Shown here: one piece after another, positions 55,882 through 64,000 of the stretch
Layout of the letters: each line of letters begins with the position of its first letter
Position numbering within the stretch: position 1 is the first letter of the stretch
Assembly: GCF_018350175.1 (NCBI RefSeq)
Contig: NC_058368.1
Span: 105,526,001 to 105,590,000 of the forward strand
Source of the DNA: Felis catus
Lineage: Eukaryota
DNA: 64,000 nt
Direction: 5' to 3'
The notes under the pieces: model-generated
The model's input: the letters and a program-made list of their open reading frames with translations, nothing else
What the model was told of the DNA's origin: nothing
Databases searched by the model: none
Position numbers and translations under genes: made by a program

Positions 55882-57613
55882 AGTGTGTTATTTTTTGATT
55901 GATGAGAGGAGTACAAAAAGCCTTTAGCCTTGAGGTGCCTTCTGAAATTAACCAAATTTCATCCATATATCCTCTTTTATAAATTTATAGAATGTCAAAT
56001 TTTGCCGTCAGCTATTATTTTTATTTCTAGTCTCTTCCACCGTGAAATGAAATGGACACTGCTTTTCTTCTTCCATTGACCAATTAGTGTTGAGTACTGT
56101 ATGTTTTCTATTACTTTTGTAAAGGTATCTGTTAGATACTAAAGATGAGAATTAGGGCAAGTTAATGAAAAATGCAAAAAAAAAAAAAATGATAACCCAA
56201 AAGTGACCCCAAAGGTTAGGTTTCTGTGGGTTTATATAAAATGTAGATCTAGGAAAAAAAGGCCCAATAAACCTTTCTTTGTTTTGTTTTTTTTTAATCT
56301 CTAATTGGCTATTTGTATTTTTATTTGGAATCTTAGGGACGGTTGAAGATTTATCCAGTACTTCTATATACCATGCTGAAAAATCTCCTGTTGTCATTCT
56401 TCAGACCAAAGTCCTCAAAATCATTTGTATCTATTAGAAGGGAGATCTGTCCTAATTTATAGTTTTCCTCAAATCTTGAGGGACTTTTAAGAAATGCTAA
56501 AAGACTTTTCTCGAGGAAAATTAGATAAAATAATGTCATCAAATAGACTATTTCAGTAAACAATATGTGGAATCCCACTGTACCATCATTTATAAATCAT
56601 TAAAATATTTAATGTTTCATCAAATGGTTAAATGGACCACTGGTTTCTTAATGAAATGTTTTTAGGCTTAATTCATTCAATTGTCAAGTATACTTAGTCT
56701 TAATTAATACACTCAGGTTTGAACAGATTATTCTGAACATTTAAATTTAATCCATTCTTAATACTTTAAAACTTTTGTGTTAAGAAAAACTGCCAGTTTG
56801 TGCTTTTGGAATGTCTGTTTTGACATCATAGTCTACTAGTACAATTTTGACAGTGCGTACGCACTGTTACTAAAAGCTTTATATACAATTATCAATGTGA
56901 AGTTTTTCATTTTTTATTCAAGGAAGGATTTCCTAAAAACATTTCAAGGGATAGATGTCTGCATATATGTATGTGTGTATGCATACGTATATGCATACAC
57001 AGATGCATATGTGTATATAATGACGTTTATGTTGCTGGTGTTTTTGCATTTTAAAGTGATCCAAGATTCATTAGATTAAAATTTTTTTGTTTTGGTAAAC
57101 ATAAGTTCAAAATGAGATTGAAAGGTAACAGGTTTCCTGGAGAACAAAGGTGATCATTGGAAGGGCATGTAACTTCACACAGTTACTGTTCAGTTAGAAA
57201 ATGGAGAACACGTCCGCTACAGTACTGTTCAGTGAGTTCATTGGCATAAGTCTCCGTGGTGAAGAATGTATGCAGGTTTTCGTGAATCTTGATAGAAATC
57301 CATAAAATTAACTACTGTTGTCAATAGTGCAGTCTTTTTGCTGCGTGAGCATAAACTAAATGAATAGAAAAGTGGAGATCTGATGATAATTTTGAATTCA
57401 GAATGTTAAAATGAAGTAATTGTTTTTCCAATTTTTTTTTCCCTACATTATAACTCACAGCATTGTTCCATTTTATTGCAGGTTTTGTAGTGTTTTGGGG
57501 GAAAGACAGTAGAAGTGTCATATTATTCAGTAAACAATATCGTGTTTGAACTTTTTAAATGGATAATAGGGCATGAATTGAGTGCTGCTATCTTGAAATG
57601 TGCACAGGTACAC

Positions 57614-57617
<4 letters not shown>

Positions 57618-57651
<34 letters not shown>
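57618..57651 (+). repeat. Poly(T) tract (34 nt) in the 3'UTR
   Basis: Direct count of an uninterrupted T run. Confidence 0.9.
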
Positions 57652-57652
<1 letters not shown>

Positions 57653-58369
57653 GAATTTTTCCCATTCAGGAAACCATCATTGTGATCTGTACTGCAGGAA
57701 CCAAATGTCATACATCATACATATGTGTATAAAGTACATAAAATATATCTAAATATGCATAATGGGGGGAGGGTAATATTGTCTGTGAAATAATGTAAGA
57801 AGCTTTTCACTTAAAAAAAAATGCATTACTTTCACTTAACACTAGACACCAGGTCAAAATTTTCAAGGTTGTTGTAGTACTCTAATAAATTTCAACAATT
57901 CTTAGAGATGCTAGCTAGTGTTGAAGCTATTCTACTCTGTTTTATTTATGCTGAACTTGATTATTTTAATGCCATTTTTTTTTTTTTTTAGTTCTAATCA
58001 TTGGTGATAACTTGGAAATAAATATGCAATGGCATTGGACAGTTCATTATTTCTATAGGTAAATACCGGGTTTAGAGAGAATGGTGGTGTTAAGCTGATT
58101 ATTAAGGGTTAATTAAATCAAATATTTATTTGTTACATTATTTCATTTGTACTTTAGGTTTCCTTTTAAATTCTTTTTATATGCTTTCTGACGTTACATA
58201 TTTTTAAAGACTATGGAAATAATTTAAAGATTTGAGCTCTGGTGGATGTTGATCTACTAAGTTTGAAAATGTAATATTTTGATAATACTGTACTATAACT
58301 GTCACACACCTGCTTTTCTAACGTTTTAATGTGGAATATTGCAGTTGCTGCTTGTACAGAGGTTACTGC

Positions 58370-58393
58370 AATAAAGGAAGTGGATTCATTAAA
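58370..58393 (+). terminator. Distal polyadenylation signals AATAAA (58370-58375) and ATTAAA (58388-58393)
   Basis: Upstream TGTA at 58353-58356 and downstream T-rich tract (ttctattttt atctgtttt). Confidence 0.8.
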
Positions 58394-60289
58394 ACTACTT
58401 AATGTCTACTCTTCTATTTTATCTGTTTTGGAAATCTTTGTCAACTTTGTGATATACCCTCATTTATAGGACTGTTATTTCACAATATCAGAGTTTTTTA
58501 GTGGCTTTTACTATAATATTCATGCCTTGGAAACGTTGTTTGAAATTGTTTGCTACCCCTGGGCCTTTGTCCCTAAGCCTCATAGTCCCTGTCTTTTCTT
58601 CGGAAGACTTTTGGCTAAGCTGATTAGCGATTCTATAAAACATTTTCACTTTCTTATTTGAACATTATAGTAAGCATGTCATATATGCAGGACGGTTAAG
58701 TTATCTCTGTCTTACTCTTGAGAAAGCAACTTGGTGCAATGTAGGGAGTTTCCTGAGGTCATGTGGCAAATAAGTGAAGAATGTTGGCCGAGAGCCCAGA
58801 TCTTTCATCTCCTGGGGTATCTCTATTACGCGTTCACTGCTGCCTGATCCATAACTAAGAGGTCTGGGATAGACTGGCTATTTCCAAACTGCTCGTCCAT
58901 GTCTGCCGGCAAATGTGTGTTCAGGTAATGCAATTAAAGTTAGAAATACAGAGTGGCTACAGGCTGGCTAATACATCTGAAGCCAAATAGAGGTGTCCAC
59001 TGCATGATCTTTACTTCTTGCTTATTGTCCAGTAGTCTGCTATTCAGGGTCCTTATTTCTTTGGGGACTTAAAAGGGGGTTCAGAGGCAACTATGAACTA
59101 TGAATGTGGCATTTCCCAGTATCATAGTATCCAAAGGTTTTCCAAGTGGGGATGCCATTCATCTTTGAGCCAGCAGGTATTTTTTGTTCATTCACTGGGA
59201 AGAAGATAGAAATGCATGTGATACAATTCTGTCTTTATGGACCAATAGGATGTGTGTAGGTACAGAACCAATAGGTGATAGTTTAATGTTGAACTCTTGG
59301 AGGAAAGATGGCACAAGTCCTGGGACATGCTCATCAGGAAGTACTGTTTAGCTAGTTGAGAGAGTAGATACACTTAATGTGTTGGTGGGTTAACCAACTG
59401 GACATACATACTTTGTAGACTCCTAAAATACCTAAAGATCTAAGTCTTGTTGCTCTCTATGGAATCCGGAAGCAGGGGTCAGGTCAGACACCTCTTCAGA
59501 TAGGCTATTAAATGGTAGTATTAAGAACTTCAGCCCAGTTTTTCCTCTTGAATCTTCCAATGAATTTTGTGTTATGGCTAGAAAGCACTGTCTTAGGGGA
59601 AACGTGAAGGCCTCTGAATTTGTGACCTCCTGTTGTGCGGCCTTAGTGTTCACTATACTCAGAGATGAGGAACTCATTCCCCAAAACGGTAGTGTCTTGT
59701 CCACACATATCCTCTGTTCCACTCTTCTCGGATACGGAAACAAATTACCAAGATGTTCTGACCACAGCTGCAAAGGAAAATAAATTGTACATTTTTGATC
59801 CACAGAATAAGATCTGTGATCTGTGGATACTGAATACAAACATAGAGACCTGACTCAATACTTGGCAGAATTTGACTAGATAACTGCTGAAGCTTTTGGG
59901 GTAGGGGGGAGAGAAACATGCAGATTTTGTCCAGGCTAAAGAAGGGAAAGCACCTGACAGGGTCATTTTATGTCTTCTATCTCTAATAACAGGTAAAAAA
60001 GTCTTAAAATTGTGCAGGCAGTGTTTTTGATAAACATACGGTACACAAAAAAGGCATCTAACAACTACTCCTGCGAGACTATTTTACTTGCTCTTTTACA
60101 AATACATTTAGCCCCCATCAAGCCATTTTTGAAACAGTCACAATTTGAAAAGGGAGCTGTAGTTCATCTGAGTGACAAGCCACAGGTTATTTTTCTTTTA
60201 AGTCCACAACATTTTTGCTTAAGTGTAGACAACTCTTGAATTGTCTTAAGAACTTGAGTTCCTAAGCAACTTCACTAGTTAAGAAATTA

Positions 60290-60705
60290 GGGGCACCTGG
60301 GTGGCGCAGTCGGTTAAGCATCCGACTTCAGCCAGGTCACGATCTCGCGGTCCGTGAGTTCGAGCCCCGCGTCGGGCTCTGGGCTGATGGCTCAGAGCCT
60401 GGAGCCTGTTTCCGATTCTGTGTCTCCCTCTCTCTCTGCCCCTCCCCCGTTCATGCTCTGTCTCTCTCTCTGTCCCAAAAATAAATGTTGAAAAAAAATT
60501 TTTTTTAAAAAAAAAAAGAAATTGAAGGGGCGCTTGAGTGGTTCAGTCAGTGAAGCATCCGACTCTTGATTTTGGCTCAGGTCATGATCTCACCTTTGTG
60601 AGATCCAGCCCCATTGTCAGATAGTGCACTAAACTTGGAGCCTGCTTAAGATTCTCTCCCTCTCCCTCTGCCCCTCCCTTGCGCACTCTCAAAAAAATTT
60701 TTTTT
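60290..60705 (+). mobile_element. Tandem Can-SINEs: young copy (60290-~60515) directly upstream of an older copy (60527-~60705)
   Basis: Two GGGGC(A/G)C heads; aagaaatt repeated on both sides of the first copy. Confidence 0.93.
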
Positions 60706-61842
60706 TTAGAAGATGATAGGGACAATTTGGGAAAGGGGTTGGGGGAGGGTAAAAAGGTAAGCTCCAAGAAAGATTCGAGGATTGTGAAAGATAGACCACT
60801 TTATGGCTAAGTCTTTCACTCCTGTTTCCTTCCAGGAAACAGTAGATTGTGAAGAATGGGATTTTTTTTCACCGAATTTTAAAATCTATTGATCATAATC
60901 AGCATCTATTAACTACCTGGTACCAACCTCCGAGATACACCCTACATCCTTCAGGTAGCCTGTCTATGACTTTCCCACCAGTAAAGATAATCCTTTGTTT
61001 ACTGTCTATGCACCTGTGAGTTCAGCATTATTGACATAAATTTTCCAAGTGGGCTTTTTTCAGAAAATTGATAGGAAGCACAGGTGTGTTATGTATTAAA
61101 ACACTAGAACAGTGGTGTGCTTCAGAATCGGCTGCAGAGTTTGTTAAAACCTCCTTCACTCCTGCCAGATCTCTGTTCTGAGTGAAATTCCTCCCTTCAC
61201 ATATGCTGCTTCTCAGCATAACCCTCCCTTTATGACTGCCTTTGTCCTTTACACATGCCCTATCGCATTTCTTTCAAAAGGTACACGTATTTCCATCTCC
61301 CCTAACTTCAGCTATGAATTCAAATAATGACCTCCCTTTGAAATTCCTTACCTTTTTTCCTTTTATATTAATTAGATCTTCATCAGTGGCAGGAATAGAA
61401 CCCAAAGAAGGCAACCAGAAAAAGGAAGTCCAGGAAGACACCTGAGTTCAGGGACTCCATGTAAGCAGAGACTCAGAACAATGTCCTTAGGGCTCTGTCT
61501 CTATCTTCCCTTCTCTCCGGTCTGCCTCTCTAGGTTTGACTTGAGTCTTCAGGTAGATGGTCACCATGTAGGGCGTCCACTGACTTCTAGAAAAAAAAGA
61601 AAGAAAAAACAATCCATGTAGTTTGGCAACAATTGAAGTAGAAAGATGATATGTCAGCAGCAAGAAGAACCTCATGTATGTCAGGGGCCTTACCCTCTCC
61701 CTTGGTTTGCCTTTAGAGTCTAGGGTTTACGTGGCCCAGATATTGAGAGGAAGGGCATTGGATGTTCATTCCACCAGGGCTGGCTGTTCCAGGTGCTGGG
61801 CTGACCAGGCTCCAGCAGTTGATTGAAAGGTGGACAGCCCTT

Positions 61843-62055
61843 GGGGCGCCTGGGTGGCTCAGTCGGTTGAGTGTCCGACTTCAGCTCAGGTCATGATCAC
61901 GCAGCTCGTGAGTTCGAGCCCCGCGTCAGGCTCTCTGCTGACACTCAGAGCCTGGAGCCTGCCTCAGATTCTGTGTCTCCCTCTCTCTCTGCCCCTAATG
62001 CACTCAGATTCTGTCTCTGTCTCTCTCAAAAGTAAAAAATAAACATTAAAAAAAA
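61843..62055 (+). mobile_element. Can-SINE
   Basis: Full head and tail; TSD aaaggtggacagc / aaaggtggagagc. Confidence 0.94.
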
Positions 62056-63159
62056 AAGGTGGAGAGCGCTGCAGGCCCAGCCTAGGCTACCAACACCTCT
62101 GCTAGGTTCCCAAAGTTCTGCAGCTAACTGCTTCGTAACTATTTCCTCCTCACTTTCTACCCCAGCCCAACAGTTACACAGCCATCCCAACTCAAAGTAT
62201 GCGTTCAGAGAGTACTTGGCAGAGCATTCCTGACCTCCTTGTCCATGGGAACTCCATTTCTGGCACCTCTTTTCTCTCCTTAGGGTAGTGTCTCTCTGGA
62301 ACTTGTGCCCACACCACGGGGCAGGCTCTCCCTAGCCCTAGAACAAGAACCAGCTTTTCTTTCTCTTCCCCTTTACTTGGCAATGAAATCTTCATGGCCC
62401 ACAGGAAAATGCAAAAATGCTCAGCTAAATAGGCTCTAGATCACAGAAGCGTCTCCTTTTCCTACAACATCTAGAAATGCAATAACCATTTAGAAATGCA
62501 GTAGAAGAGTCTTCCCTCATCAAAATAGGCAGAGTATACTTTTTCTGAAACAACTGAAAATGACCTGGTTAATTTTCCCTCTTATGTTGCATTAAATTCT
62601 CAACAGCTCACCTTATTATGAGTACCAAGATCAACAAATCCAAGAAGCATGGTGCAGGATTAACTTCTCTTTGGGAAGATATTCATTAGTACCCAGACTA
62701 AAGTGGGAGAGAGGAAATTTAAGATCTTTGGGAGAAAAACATTAATAGGATTGGGTGACGGGTCCTCCTGTGTGCTGAGCAAGAAGATGGAGTTACTCAG
62801 GTTGTCTTAATGGGTTGAGGATTGTCTTCTTACTCCTTATTCAGGGAAGATGGGGGAGAAAAGAGGACTCCTATCAATGGAATACCCACATGGTAGAGTT
62901 GAGGAGCAACGTTTAGAGGGGCTGTGATCACAGTGAAGAGGAGTGTCAGGACAGAAACCTGGGTCAGCCTCTCTGGAAAGTCTCCTCCACACTTCTATTT
63001 CCTCTTAAGGAGGGGGGGGGGGCCTTCTCCTACCTTTTTACTCCTTAACTTCTCTGAACAAACATGGTCGCCTGTAATAAACAGAAAAGCATACTCCTTC
63101 GCTGAACTTTACTGACTTTCTTCCAGGTAGCTTTTTAAAAGTTCAAGAGATTGCAGTAT

Positions 63160-63235
63160 GTAGCTGGCTCAGTCAGTAGAGCATGCAACTCTTAATCTTG
63201 GGGTCATGAGTTCAAGCCCCGAAGTTCAGGAGATA
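63160..63235 (+). mobile_element. Short tRNA-derived SINE head fragment
   Basis: gctggctcagtcagtagagcatgcaactcttaatcttggggtcatgagttcaagcccc (A-box/B-box-like). Confidence 0.7.
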
Positions 63236-64000
63236 GCTCTCATTTATCAGTTATTCTAGTACAAGTTCATCCACCAGAAAATAGCTCTCTGTGCAACCTG
63301 AGCTCAGTGTGTAGCTTTCAGCCATGGAGCTAATTTTGTGCCATGGTTTCACAAATAGAAGAGCTACTTTGACATTTGAAATACTTAAGCCTGTTGGAGA
63401 TACGACATGACTTGTCCTTTATCTACAGGCTGCTATTTGCAAGAGAGGTGTATCTTTTGGAAATTAATGAATATTTCCATAGATTGATATCTCATATTGT
63501 ACTTACAGGATTATGAGGAAAAAAATTCCATGTGATTTAGGTCATTTCTAATGAGAGGGAGAACTAAAACATAAAGCATTTCTTCTGTGCATTTGTGTCT
63601 TCAGCCGTGACACTTGAGAAAGTTAATGGAAATGGTAAATGCATCCAAAAAGTGTGTCTCTTCTAGGAAACAAACAAATCCAATCAAGAAAGGAGAAAAA
63701 AATGTAAAAAAGGAAAAGAATATATTAAGTATATAAATTTTGAAATGATAAAATCATGCTCTCCTTATTGCTAAAAAATTAAATGCATAGTAATTGGCAC
63801 TAATGAAGGATTAATAAAATCAACACAGCAAGAAGTAGAAAACTTAAGTAAACAACAAACAACAACCTTTGAATGAACTGAGTGAACATCATTTAAGTGC
63901 TGTGTCCAGAGAAGGTTTTGGTCCCAATGATTTTATTGTTAAATTATTTCATTGGTTCAATAACTAATTGTCAGGGCATCCAGACCCCAATCTCTTATGT

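Larger units (their letters stand above)
55599..58410 (+). other. SLC12A2: SLC12A2 3'UTR (~2.8 kb, AT-rich, no recognisable SINEs)
   Basis: Follows the stop codon and lacks obvious transposons, unlike the flanks; ends at the distal AATAAA/ATTAAA pair; exact end inferred. Confidence 0.8.

Noticed and set aside
59432..59919. Cluster of overlapping ORFs (up to 135 aa) downstream of the gene
   Set aside because: No recognisable homology, exon structure or promoter features; consistent with chance in intergenic DNA.
63160..63235. tRNA gene
   Set aside because: A/B-box-like sequence belongs to a tRNA-derived Can-SINE head; no cloverleaf with acceptor stem.

Overview
Mammalian genomic DNA, almost certainly felid given the young Can-SINE (SINEC_Fc-type) copies and a cat-type LINE-1. 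It holds the 3' two-thirds of SLC12A2 (NKCC1, Na-K-2Cl cotransporter 1) on the + strand. Twenty-one coding exons, numbered 7-27 by analogy to the human gene, splice into one open frame of 2340 nt (779 codons plus TAA at 55596-55598). All splice sites are GT-AG except a GC donor after the 48-nt alternative exon 21. A ~2.8 kb 3'UTR with several poly(A) signals ends near 58400, followed by repeat-rich intergenic DNA. Intron 15 carries a full-length but dead antisense LINE-1 (23353-29260). About 20 Can-SINEs and older L1/L2/MIR/MER5 fragments fill the introns. No prokaryotic-type system, CRISPR array or RNA gene is present. The most interesting observations are all hypotheses. (1) A candidate 66-nt stop-containing 'poison' exon lies in intron 21, with a good branch point, good splice sites and a dense downstream NOVA-type YCAY cluster. 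(2) A near-identical inverted SINE pair brackets exons 10-13 and could make an in-frame, stop-free circRNA. (3) An antisense L1 5'UTR with a splice donor sits just upstream of exon 16 and could drive a C-terminal-domain-only transcript. Comparisons with human NKCC1 and with repeat consensus sequences are from memory, not from a database search.
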